From contig CAVSQW010000012.1 in the NCBI GenBank assembly GCA_963730185.1, forward strand, positions 1 through 64,000: a stretch of DNA of 64,000 nucleotides. Direction: 5' to 3'. Both the position numbers and the translations under genes were made by a program. This DNA is from an uncultured Gemmatimonadales bacterium. Lineage in GTDB: Bacteria > Gemmatimonadota > Gemmatimonadetes > Gemmatimonadales > GWC2-71-9. The notes under the pieces were generated by a model, which did no database searches, was not told the origin of the DNA, and saw only the letters and a list, made by a program, of their open reading frames with translations. Shown piece after piece: positions 37,041 through 46,375 of this stretch. Each line of letters starts with the position of its first letter. Position 1 is the stretch's first letter.

Positions 37041-38153
37041 GTGCCTTTGGAACTACCGACCCAGCACCGAGTTCCGCTCAGCTGGCTGCTCGAAAACGGC
37101 AATGAGACCGTCCAGTTGCGCTCCTATCTGGACCTGGCCGAGCCCGGCTTCGCCTCGATCGAGATGATCACCGCGGCCGAGCAGGCCGTCGCCGCCGCCA
37201 AGGCCACCCAGACGCTGGTCAAGAAGCAGAAGGACGACGGCGTCTGGGGTGGCAACCTGCTCGGCCTTGGGCCCTCGGCCAAGGACGGGATCAAGGACAT
37301 CGGCACCGTGCCGCAGCATCGGCGGTTGCTGCAGCTCGGCTACCCCAGATCGGGCCGACCGTTCAAGCTGGCGGAACGGCTCCTGTTCCGGATCCTGTCC
37401 CGGGACGACGACCCCTTCCTCGAATTCGAGTTCGCGAAGGTCGCGAAGGCCGGGATCGAGGCGGGGGAGTGGGCTCGGGAGCACATGCGCGAGGCGGCCA
37501 CCGCCGCCTTGGCCGAGGCAGGTTTCGTCGAGGATCCCCGGATCCGGGGCTCCGCCCACAAGATCGCGACCAACGTGTCGCAGTTCCTCCGGAGCTCGCT
37601 GGCCGACAAGCCGTTCGTCCGCTCGGGCGCAAAGACCATTCTCGACCCCGAGGCGCACCCGCCAACCTGGTATTCGGTCGCGATGATCGCGGCGCTGCCC
37701 AACCTCCAGCGGGAGCGGGCCGGGTTCACCGAGCGGTTGGGGCAGTACCTCGGCACTCCCCAGACCAAGCGGGCCTTCACCCTCCAGGTGGGTAAGAGGA
37801 GCGTCAAGCCCGACTTCCTCCTGCTGGGTGACCCGATCTTGGCCGACGCCAGAGGCAATCCGAAGGACCTGCCCCTAGCGCTCTACTTCATCGAGCTCCT
37901 GGCCCGGATCGGCGCGCTCCATACCAACCCGCACGCCACCAAGGTGCTGGCGCGGCTCCTGACCGACTGCGACGACCAGGGGGTCTGGCGCCCGAAGGGG
38001 CTCAAGTCGGCGCCGAAGGCCACCCACAAGATCACGTATCACTGGTATCCCCTGCACTCGGACCTGAAGTCGACCGAGGGACGGCACGTCGACGTAACGT
38101 TCCGACTGGCGCTGATCGCGAAGCTTCTGGGCTGGCAGCTGGAGTACGTATGA
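37041..38153 (+). CDS. Conserved hypothetical protein (QW-like motifs, possible alpha/alpha barrel)
   Basis: Long ORF with coding-like codon use; WLLE, KQKDDGVW and DDQGVW. Start uncertain (37041 or 37047). Confidence 0.7.
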   Translation: MPLELPTQHRVPLSWLLENGNETVQLRSYLDLAEPGFASIEMITAAEQAVAAAKATQTLVKKQKDDGVWGGNLLGLGPSAKDGIKDIGTVPQHRRLLQLGYPRSGRPFKLAERLLFRILSRDDDPFLEFEFAKVAKAGIEAGEWAREHMREAATAALAEAGFVEDPRIRGSAHKIATNVSQFLRSSLADKPFVRSGAKTILDPEAHPPTWYSVAMIAALPNLQRERAGFTERLGQYLGTPQTKRAFTLQVGKRSVKPDFLLLGDPILADARGNPKDLPLALYFIELLARIGALHTNPHATKVLARLLTDCDDQGVWRPKGLKSAPKATHKITYHWYPLHSDLKSTEGRHVDVTFRLALIAKLLGWQLEYV

Positions 38154-38169
38154 CCGGCGGGCGGGGCCG

Positions 38170-38862
38170 ATGAGCTCGGCGCTCGACCTTACGGGGTTCG
38201 GGTTCACCCCGACAGAGAGCCTAGTCTACGAGGTCCTGGTCCGAAGCGGGCCCGGGACCGGTTACGCGATCGCCCGGGCGGCGGGGCTGGCCCGGGCGAA
38301 TGCGTACAGCGCCCTCGAGGGGCTGGCCCAGAAGGGCGCGGCCCGGGTGGACGAGGGGCGCCCCAAGCGCTACCGTCCCGAGCCGCCTAGCACCCTGATC
38401 GCCCGGATCGTCGACCGTCAGGGGCAGGCCCTGGAGACGCTCTCGTCGGTGCTGGACGCGATCTCGGTCCCGACGAGCCCCACTTTGGTCGAGCTCGCTT
38501 CCGCCCGCGGGTTGCTGCAGCTCGCCTCGCACGAGATCGCCCGCGCGGAGACGCGGGTCCGGCTGGTGGCGCCGGCGGACGCCTTTCCGATCCTGACCCC
38601 CGCGCTTCGCAAGGCCGCGACCAGCGGCGTCGTGGTCGCCCTGGGCGCGCCGATCCCGGTCCATCTGCCGTTCGCTCCGGTAGTGGCCATCGCCGCTCCG
38701 GAGCGCTGGCCGGGAGAGCCGTTCCTCTTCACGGTGGACGGGCGGGGGGCGGCCCTCGCCGCCCGAGCGGGCGACCAGGTGAGCGGCCACTGGGGCACCG
38801 GTCCGATCCTGGTCGCGGCCGCGGATCTCCTGCTCGACACCCTGCTGGGTGGCGATCGATGA
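38170..38862 (+). CDS. TrmB family transcriptional regulator
   Basis: GFTPTESLVYEVL...GYAIARAAGLARANAYSALEGLAQKG wHTH. Confidence 0.85.
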   Translation: MSSALDLTGFGFTPTESLVYEVLVRSGPGTGYAIARAAGLARANAYSALEGLAQKGAARVDEGRPKRYRPEPPSTLIARIVDRQGQALETLSSVLDAISVPTSPTLVELASARGLLQLASHEIARAETRVRLVAPADAFPILTPALRKAATSGVVVALGAPIPVHLPFAPVVAIAAPERWPGEPFLFTVDGRGAALAARAGDQVSGHWGTGPILVAAADLLLDTLLGGDR

Positions 38863-40463
38863 CCGGCGTCGATGAATTCTTCGAAGAGCTCCGCCGCGAG
38901 TACCTGACCGAGGCCGCCGCCCGCCTGGCCGAGCTGCGGAAGGACCTGGCGGCACTGATGGCCGGTGAGCCCGACGCCGCCGATTCGCTCAAGATCCGCT
39001 TCCACCGGCTAGCCGGCTCGGGGGGCAGCTACGGCTTTCCGGACATCAGCGCCGTCAGCCGGGAAGCGGAGCTCTGGCTCAAGGACAACCCGTCGCCCTC
39101 GCCCGAGGCGCCCGGCCGGTTGGAGGAGTGGGTCAGCCGCCTGGCCCGCGCCTTCGATGCCGCCGCCGTCGAGTTCGGCCTCCCGACCGGGGGAACGGCC
39201 CGACGGGTCCCATTCGGCTGGCAGGCTCTGGTCCTCGGCGACCCGAGTGACCCTCTGGTCGACCGGGTGGCTCGATGCCTGGTCGACGCCCAGTACACCG
39301 TCGGTCATCGCCCGATCGAGACCGACCCGGCGTCGGTTCCGGTGTCCGAGCGACCCGATCTGGCCGTGCTCGTTCCCGAGCAGCCCACGGTGGAGTCGGC
39401 CGCCCTCGGGCGGTGGGCGGTCCCGGGCTCGACCCGGCCGTCGTCGGTCCTCCTGGTCGCCGACCCCGAGGCGATCGACCCGCTGGCCCAACCGTATTCC
39501 GATTTCGACTCCCTGGTGCCCCCGGAGCGGGTTGAGACCGAGCTCCAGAGCTACGTCCGGGCGATCGGCCGCTCGGCCAACACGCCGCCCGTCGTGCTGG
39601 TGCTCGAGCCGGACGAGGCCCACGCGGACTCACTCCAGTCGGCGATCGAAGGTCTGGGCGGGCGGGTGATTCTGGTCAAGTGTGCGAGGGCGCTTCGGGC
39701 CGCGCTCCGGGATGAGACCCCCGACCTGATCCTGACCGAGTGGAGGCTGCCCGACACCTCCGGGGTCGCCCTGCTCCGCTTTATCAGCCAGGTCGCCTCC
39801 CATCGATCGACCCCGGTCGTGGTCTACACGCTCCGCCCCAGTGACGAGGAGCGCCTCGCGGCGATCCGGGCCGGGGCCGACGACGTCCTGTCAAAAGCCG
39901 CGTCTCCCACCCACACGGTGCAGATGATCCAGGCCAGGATCGAGCGAGGTCGCCGGCTCCGTTCTCTGGCCCACCGGGACGACCTCACCGGCCTTTTGAA
40001 CCACGCCTCGATGGTGGAGGAACTGGTGTCGGCGGTCGCGTTCGCCCGTCGGGCAGAGGAGACCTTCGGGCTGATCCTGCTCGATCTCGACCATTTCCGA
40101 CGAATCAATGAGCAGCACGGACACCTTGTGGGCGACCGGTTGCTGGCGCAGGTCGCCCGAACGGTAGCGGGCTCGGTGCGCTCGAGCGACTTCGTCGCCC
40201 GGATGGGTGGGGAGGAGATCGGGGTGCTCGTTCGGCGCTGCTCGGCAGCGAACTGCGGCGCCCTCGCGGAGAAGGTCCGAGCAGCAGTGAACCGGATCGT
40301 CGTGCCGGCCGGCGAGGCGCCAGTTCAAGTTCGAGCCAGCGCCGGCGCGGCCTGCTTCCCGGACCACGCCTCGACCGCCCCTGATCTCCTTCGCGCCGCC
40401 GGGCGGGCGCTGGCCCGAGCGAAGGCCGGAGGCCGAGACCGCCTGGCGATCGGCGATCCCTGA
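38859..40463 (+). CDS. Hpt-REC-GGDEF diguanylate cyclase
   Basis: FHRLAGSGGSYG (Hpt), REC domain, DDLTGLLN, DLDHF, I-site RSSD and GGEEI. Confidence 0.88.
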   Translation: MTGVDEFFEELRREYLTEAAARLAELRKDLAALMAGEPDAADSLKIRFHRLAGSGGSYGFPDISAVSREAELWLKDNPSPSPEAPGRLEEWVSRLARAFDAAAVEFGLPTGGTARRVPFGWQALVLGDPSDPLVDRVARCLVDAQYTVGHRPIETDPASVPVSERPDLAVLVPEQPTVESAALGRWAVPGSTRPSSVLLVADPEAIDPLAQPYSDFDSLVPPERVETELQSYVRAIGRSANTPPVVLVLEPDEAHADSLQSAIEGLGGRVILVKCARALRAALRDETPDLILTEWRLPDTSGVALLRFISQVASHRSTPVVVYTLRPSDEERLAAIRAGADDVLSKAASPTHTVQMIQARIERGRRLRSLAHRDDLTGLLNHASMVEELVSAVAFARRAEETFGLILLDLDHFRRINEQHGHLVGDRLLAQVARTVAGSVRSSDFVARMGGEEIGVLVRRCSAANCGALAEKVRAAVNRIVVPAGEAPVQVRASAGAACFPDHASTAPDLLRAAGRALARAKAGGRDRLAIGDP

Positions 40464-40518
40464 CCAGCGTGCGTTGTGGGGGGAGGAGCAGCGAGGAGGG
40501 AGGGAGGGAGGAGGGATC

Positions 40519-40578
40519 CCCTACTCACGATTCCCTACTCCCTCCCTGCTCACGGCTCCCTACTCCCGACTCCCTACT
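40519..40578 (+). repeat. 60-bp degenerate heptamer element, copy B
   Basis: CCCTACT CACGATT CCCTACT CCCT CCCTGCT CACGGCT CCCTACT CCCGACT CCCTACT. Confidence 0.85.
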
Positions 40579-40580
40579 CT

Positions 40581-43136
40581 CTAGTGCGGGTAGCTGGCCG
40601 ACAGCGGCGTCACGTCTCTCGGGTTGTCGTCACCGAAGAGGAGCCGTCCCTCCTTGAAGGTCGCGCCGCGGAGGGTAAGGGCCAGGACTTCGCCCAGCTC
40701 GCCCACCGGATAGACCTCGATCTTCTTCCGGACCTCTTCGGGCAGATCGGCCAGATCGGGCTCGTTCTCCCGGGGGAGGATGATCCGGGCAATGCCGGCC
40801 CGGACCGCGCCCAGGACCTTCTCCTTCACGCCGCCGATCGGGAGGATCCGACCCCGGAGCGTAATCTCGCCGGTCATCGCGATGTCGTGCCGGGCGGAGC
40901 GGCCGGACAGCGCCGAGACCAGCGCGGTGGCCATCGTCACGCCGGCCGAGGGGCCGTCCTTCGGAATGGCGCCGGCCGGGACGTGGATGTGCACGTCGCG
41001 GTCGAACATCTCGTCGGGAATCCGGAGCCCAGCGGAGTGTGACCGGGCGTAGGTCCAGGCCGCCCGGGCCGATTCCTTCATGACGTCGCCGAGCTGGCCG
41101 GTGAGGACGAGCTCGCCCTTGCCCCGCATGGTCGACGCCTCGACGAACATGATGTCGCCGCCGGCCGGGGTGTAGTACATCCCGGTGGCCACGCCGACCG
41201 CGTCTTCGCCGGCCATCTTCTCGGGATGGACCTTAGGCCGGCCCAGCAGCTCGTCGACCATCGGCTTCGTCACCACGACGTCGCCCTTCACCTCGCCGGC
41301 GGCGATCCGCCGAGCGACCTTCCGGGCCAGCTTCCCGATCTCGCGCTCCAGCTGCCGGACGCCCGATTCCCGGGTGTACCCCGTGATCACCTCGCCCAGG
41401 GCGTCGGCGGCGATGTTCACGCCCTTCCCCGCGACGCCGTTCTCCTCGAGCTGCCGGGGAATCAGATACTTCTGGGCGATGATCTTCTTTTCGCCCTCCG
41501 TGTAACCCGAGAACTCCACGTTCTCCATCCGGTCCAGGAGCGGCCCGGGAATGTTCTGGATGAAGTTCGCGGTGCAGATGAACAGCACCTCGCTCAGGTC
41601 GAACGGAACCCCGAGATAATGATCGGTGAAGGAGTCGTTCTGGGCCGGGTCGAGGACCTCGAGCAGCGCGGCGGCGGGGTCGCCCTGGAAGGACACCCCG
41701 AGCTTGTCGATCTCGTCGAGCAGGAAGACTGGGTTCTTGGTCCCGACCTGCTTCAACCCCTGGAGAATCCGGCCGGGCATCGCTCCGACGTAGGTTCGCC
41801 GATGGCCCCGGATATCGGCCTCGTCACGGGCACCGCCCAGGGAGATCCGGACGTACTTCCGCCCCATCGAGCGGGCGATCGACTTGGCCACCGACGTCTT
41901 GCCGACGCCCGGCGGGCCGACGAACAGGAGGATCGGACCGCGGGCCTTGTCGTCGGCGTTGCCCGGCGTCTCGATGATCGGGCGGAGCCGGCCGGGCTCG
42001 AATTCACCAGTCTGGGTCAGGTCGGCCTCGGGGGTGGAACCCGACTCGGCCGCCGCCTTGGCTTCCCGGAGGCGGGTCTCGATCTCGAGCCGCTCCTGCT
42101 CCGCTTCAGCCATCTTGAGCTGGCGGACCGCGAGGAACTCGAGCACCCGGTCCTTCACGTCACCGAGGGCGTAGTGGTCGGCCTCGAGGATCTCCGCGGC
42201 GGCCTGCAGATCGAGATGTTCCGGGCTCCGCTCGTTCCAGGGCAGCTCGGAGATGGTCTCCAGGTAGGTCCGGATGACCTGGGTCTCCATCGACTCGCGC
42301 CCGATCCGCTCCAGGCGGCCCAGCTCGCGGTCGACTTCCTTCCGGGCATCATCCGGCAGGTCGAGCGAGGCCAGCTTCTGCTTGAGCTCCTCGAGCTCGT
42401 CGGCCTCGTCTTCCTCACCCAACTCCCGCCGAATCTGCTTGAGCTGTTCGCGGAGAAACATCTCGCGCTGGCGCTCGCCCAGCTCCTCCTGCACCTGCGA
42501 CTTGATCTGCTCCTGGGCGTCGAGCACGGAGATCTGCCGCTGGACGTGGACCAGCACCCGCCGGAGCCGCTCCTCGACCGAGAGGGTCTCGAGCAGGGCC
42601 TGGCGCTGCGGGGGAGTCACGTCGATGTAGCCGGCGACCAGATCGGCGAACTTGCCGGGGTCGTCGGTGCTGCTCAGGACTTGCTGCACGACCTCCTCCG
42701 GCAGCCCGGACTTGTGGCCCAGCTCGGCCGCCCGCTGGCGCACCTCGCGGTAGAGGGCGGCGAAGGCCGCGTCCTCGGCGTTCAAGGGCTGCATCTCCTC
42801 GGCCTCACGAACGATGGCCTCGAGATAACCGTCCTTCTCGCCCACGTGGATGGCGATCCCCCGGCGGTCGCCGTGGAGAAGCATTTGCATTCCAGACAAC
42901 CCGCGCTGGAGTTGTCCGATTTTTGCGATCGTCCCGATGGTGTAGAGGCCTTCGGACGTCACCTGTTCCGTGTTGTCCCGCTGACAGATCGCGAAGATCA
43001 GCCGCTCCGGGGAGTTGAGGGCCGCCTCGATCGCGCGGACGGTTCCTGGCCGGCCGGCCCCGATCGGAGCCGTCACGCCGGGGAACAGGACCACCTCGCG
43101 GAGCGGGAGCACGGGAAGAGTCAGGCGTTCACTCAT
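40581..43136 (-). CDS. lon: Lon (La) ATP-dependent protease
   Basis: LPVLPLRE, GPPGVGKTS, LLDEIDK, PKDGPSAG and IGGVKEK. Start could extend to 43163. Confidence 0.95.
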   Translation of the reverse strand: MSERLTLPVLPLREVVLFPGVTAPIGAGRPGTVRAIEAALNSPERLIFAICQRDNTEQVTSEGLYTIGTIAKIGQLQRGLSGMQMLLHGDRRGIAIHVGEKDGYLEAIVREAEEMQPLNAEDAAFAALYREVRQRAAELGHKSGLPEEVVQQVLSSTDDPGKFADLVAGYIDVTPPQRQALLETLSVEERLRRVLVHVQRQISVLDAQEQIKSQVQEELGERQREMFLREQLKQIRRELGEEDEADELEELKQKLASLDLPDDARKEVDRELGRLERIGRESMETQVIRTYLETISELPWNERSPEHLDLQAAAEILEADHYALGDVKDRVLEFLAVRQLKMAEAEQERLEIETRLREAKAAAESGSTPEADLTQTGEFEPGRLRPIIETPGNADDKARGPILLFVGPPGVGKTSVAKSIARSMGRKYVRISLGGARDEADIRGHRRTYVGAMPGRILQGLKQVGTKNPVFLLDEIDKLGVSFQGDPAAALLEVLDPAQNDSFTDHYLGVPFDLSEVLFICTANFIQNIPGPLLDRMENVEFSGYTEGEKKIIAQKYLIPRQLEENGVAGKGVNIAADALGEVITGYTRESGVRQLEREIGKLARKVARRIAAGEVKGDVVVTKPMVDELLGRPKVHPEKMAGEDAVGVATGMYYTPAGGDIMFVEASTMRGKGELVLTGQLGDVMKESARAAWTYARSHSAGLRIPDEMFDRDVHIHVPAGAIPKDGPSAGVTMATALVSALSGRSARHDIAMTGEITLRGRILPIGGVKEKVLGAVRAGIARIILPRENEPDLADLPEEVRKKIEVYPVGELGEVLALTLRGATFKEGRLLFGDDNPRDVTPLSASYPH

Positions 43137-43228
43137 TTGGTTCATCATCCAGAGTCGCTTCACTACTCATTCTACGACGGGGACCACGGGGAGCGTCCCG
43201 ATCGTACGATTGCCGGGCCCCACCAGGG

Positions 43229-43243
43229 GCATCGCATGTGCCA
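43229..43243 (-). promoter_or_regulatory. Sigma54 promoter upstream of lon
   Basis: Minus strand TGGCACATGCGATGC, GG-N10-GC. Confidence 0.65.
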
Positions 43244-43506
43244 CACCGAGGGATTGGCCGATATCGCATTCAGGCGAAACAACTTAGCGCCAATGGCCGT
43301 ATTCGACCCTGGCTCCTGAATATGTGTCGGGCTGCCCCTTTGCGGGTGGGCGAACCTCCGGTCCATGCCAGAATGGCTGGAAATGGTGGTCCGAATCGCG
43401 CAGTCGGCCTCCCGGGCAGGGCGAAGTAGTTGCCCCGCAGGGAATCCTGACGCATTTTGGTAAGCTATTGTGGGGAAACCCTTTCGGAAACGATTACGCC
43501 TCCGGA

Positions 43507-45435
43507 ATGACCGAGCCCATCGAAGGCAACGACCGTCCCCTGGCCCAGCGTCTCAACGAGGCGTTGGGGGAGGCGTATACGATCGAAGGCGAGATCGGCC
43601 GCGGGGGCATGGGCGTGGTCTACCGGGCCCGCGACGAGCGCCTGCACCGGCGGGTCGCGATCAAGGTCTTGCCGCCCGAACTCGCCTTCCAAAAAGACAT
43701 CCGGGAGCGGTTCACCCGCGAGGCCCAGACGGCGGCGCGGCTCTCCCATCCTCACATCGTGCCGATCCACGACGTGGGCGAGGGGACCGGTCTGGTCTAC
43801 TTCGTGATGGGCTACGTCGAGGGCGAGTCGCTGGCGGCGCGAATCAAGCGGCGAGGGAAGCTGCCACCCGAAGAAGCCCGCCGGATCATGAAGGAGACGG
43901 CGGACGCACTCTCCGCCGCCCATAGCCTCTCGATCATCCATCGCGACATCAAGCCCGACAACATCCTCCTGGAAGGGACGCGGGGCCGGGTGATGGTCAC
44001 GGACTTCGGCATCGCCAAGGCGCTCTCCGGCTCGACCGGGGCGACGTTGACCGGCGTCGGGGTGGCGATCGGCACGCCGCAGTTCATGAGTCCGGAGCAA
44101 GCCGCAGGGGAGCGGGAGATCGACGGCCGGTCCGACATCTACAGCCTCGGTGTCGTGACCTACCAGATGCTGACGGGGGAGCTCCCGTTCAACGCGCCGA
44201 CGGTCGCCGGGATCCTGATGAAGCAGATCACCGAACCGGCCCCGATCCTCCACTTGTCGCGGCCCGAGGTTCCGGAGGATCTCTCGCTCGCGGTGGCTCG
44301 CTGTCTGGAGAAGGATCCCGAGAATCGGTGGCCCACCGCCGACGCGCTGCGCCGGGCTCTCGAGAGCCGGACCGTAACCGGCTACCGGCCGACGTCGGCC
44401 GGCGCCCCGGCGGCGCGGCCGTCGCGGGCCACCGGGAGTCTCCGCTCCCGGCACTCGACGGCCCGGGAGCGGATCAGCCAACGGCGCTCAGCGCTGGCGC
44501 CGCGCTCCCCCAACCTGCCCCGGCCCGGAGGCCGCCGTCCGGCCTCGCTGGCGGGCGGCCAGTGGGTCCGGAACGAGCGGGGCGAATGGGTTCGCAAGTC
44601 CGACGACACCCCGACGCTCCCCGATACGGGCGAGCCCAAGATCGTTCAGAGAGTCCGGGCGCAGTTCGCCCGGTGGGCCGCGGTGACCGGTGGCTGCTTC
44701 CTGCTCAATGTCGCGACCGGCCTCAACGGGCCGTGGTTCCTGTTCGTGGCCGGCGGCATGGGCATTCCCCTGCTCCGGAGCTACGCCCAACTCTGGCAGG
44801 CCGGCTACAGCTGGCGCGACGTGCTGAACCGGCCACCCGCGCCCGGATCGGTGGAGGCCGCCAGCGGCAAGGGCGGCAAAGCTCGACGACTCCACTCAGC
44901 CCCGACGGTGGGTGAGTACGGGCTTTACTATGCCAAGGTCAAGCAGGCCCATGGCGACCGGACGGCGATCCTGGCCATGCTGGAGAAGCTGCCGGCAGCC
45001 GATCGTGAGCTCCTGCCGGACGTCCAGGAGACCACCGAGTCCCTCTACTCCCGGACCCTGGACCTCGCCAAGACGCTGAACGACCTCGACCAGAGCTTCG
45101 GAAGCGAAGACGCACCGGACCGTCTCCGGCGCCGACTCGACGAGCTGAGCGAGACCCCGCCGAGCGGCGAGCGCGACCGCCAGATCCGGCTGCTGGAGCA
45201 GCAGGCCAAGACGGCCGGCGACCTGATGAGCCGGCGCCAGGCGATCAGCGACCGCCTCGAGTCCAGCACGCTGGCGATGCAGAACGTGCGCTACGACCTG
45301 ATCCGCCTCCGCTCCGCCGGCGTCGGCAACGTGCTCGGCGATCTGACCCAGGCGACCCAGGCCGCCCGGGCCCTCTCGCGCGACGTGGACCACGTCATCG
45401 AGGCGGCGGCCGAGATCAAAGAGGCGATGGGGTGA
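43507..45435 (+). CDS. Hanks-type Ser/Thr kinase with a TM hairpin and a C-terminal coiled-coil domain
   Basis: GRGGMGVVY, HRDIKPDN, DFGIAK and GTPQFMSPE; start MTEPIE. Confidence 0.92.
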   Translation: MTEPIEGNDRPLAQRLNEALGEAYTIEGEIGRGGMGVVYRARDERLHRRVAIKVLPPELAFQKDIRERFTREAQTAARLSHPHIVPIHDVGEGTGLVYFVMGYVEGESLAARIKRRGKLPPEEARRIMKETADALSAAHSLSIIHRDIKPDNILLEGTRGRVMVTDFGIAKALSGSTGATLTGVGVAIGTPQFMSPEQAAGEREIDGRSDIYSLGVVTYQMLTGELPFNAPTVAGILMKQITEPAPILHLSRPEVPEDLSLAVARCLEKDPENRWPTADALRRALESRTVTGYRPTSAGAPAARPSRATGSLRSRHSTARERISQRRSALAPRSPNLPRPGGRRPASLAGGQWVRNERGEWVRKSDDTPTLPDTGEPKIVQRVRAQFARWAAVTGGCFLLNVATGLNGPWFLFVAGGMGIPLLRSYAQLWQAGYSWRDVLNRPPAPGSVEAASGKGGKARRLHSAPTVGEYGLYYAKVKQAHGDRTAILAMLEKLPAADRELLPDVQETTESLYSRTLDLAKTLNDLDQSFGSEDAPDRLRRRLDELSETPPSGERDRQIRLLEQQAKTAGDLMSRRQAISDRLESSTLAMQNVRYDLIRLRSAGVGNVLGDLTQATQAARALSRDVDHVIEAAAEIKEAMG

Positions 45436-46289
45436 CCGAAGGGTTCCAGACCCGCGAATACTGGGAACGACGCCTTCGGGATCACTTCAGTCTCGAAGGC
45501 GTCGGCTATTTGCGGCTGGGTCGCCGTTACAACGAGTGGATGTACCGGGTCCGGGGCGAGGTGTTCGACCGGGTGGCTGATGGACTGGGCGAGCAAACGG
45601 GGAGCCCGGCGGACGGAACGAGGGGCCAAGGCGGCGCGCTTCGGGTGCTGGACGTCGGATCGGGGACTGGATTCTACGTCGACCGGTGGCTTCAGCGCGG
45701 CGCCGAGGTGACCGGGGTGGACCTCACCGACGTGGCGGTGGACGGGCTCCGGCGCAGGTTCTCGGGGGTCCGCTTTCTCCAGGCCGACATCGGCGACCCG
45801 CTGGGTCCGCCGCTGGCCTCCGAGGCCGGCACCTTCGACGTGGTATCGGCCTTCGACGTGCTGTTCCACATCGTGGACGATGCCCAATACGCCCGGGCCC
45901 TCGGCAACATCGCTTCCCTGCTCCGTCCCGGCGGGACCTTCCTCTGGTCGGACAACTTCATTCACCAGCCCACGATCCGGGTGGCCCACCAGGTAAGCCG
46001 CTCCCTACCCGAGGTCGAAGCGGCTCTGGCCGGGGCCGGTCTCGAGGTGGTGACGAGGCGACCGATGTTCGTGCTGATGAACTACCCGGCCGACACCGAG
46101 TCGAAGCTGGCGCGGCTGGCCTGGACCGCCATGGTGTCGCCCGCCATGGTGAGCGATCGCCTCGGCGGCCTGCTCGGCGCGCTGCTCTACCGGGTCGAGC
46201 GCCGCCTGGTGGCCGGCCGGGGGGAGAGTCCCAGCACGGAGGTGATGATCTGCCGACGGAGGCACGGCCTAGGGACTAGGGAGTTGTGA
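45432..46289 (+). CDS. Class I SAM-dependent methyltransferase
   Basis: VLDVGSGTG, GVD, FDVV and LLRPGG. Confidence 0.88.
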   Translation: MTEGFQTREYWERRLRDHFSLEGVGYLRLGRRYNEWMYRVRGEVFDRVADGLGEQTGSPADGTRGQGGALRVLDVGSGTGFYVDRWLQRGAEVTGVDLTDVAVDGLRRRFSGVRFLQADIGDPLGPPLASEAGTFDVVSAFDVLFHIVDDAQYARALGNIASLLRPGGTFLWSDNFIHQPTIRVAHQVSRSLPEVEAALAGAGLEVVTRRPMFVLMNYPADTESKLARLAWTAMVSPAMVSDRLGGLLGALLYRVERRLVAGRGESPSTEVMICRRRHGLGTREL

Positions 46290-46327
46290 CTGGGGAGTCG
46301 GGAGGGAATAGGGAGTGGTGAGTTGGG
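46268..46327 (-). repeat. 60-bp degenerate heptamer element, copy C (inverted)
   Basis: Minus strand CCCAACT CACCACT CCCTATT CCCT CCCGACT CCCCAGT CACAACT CCCTAGT CCCTAGG. Confidence 0.8.
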
Positions 46328-46375
46328 GGACCCACCGCTCCGGCGCACGACGTCACCCCGCGTCATCGCTCCCGG

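Noticed and set aside
41226..43319. 697-aa plus-strand ORF
   Set aside because: Antisense shadow of lon.
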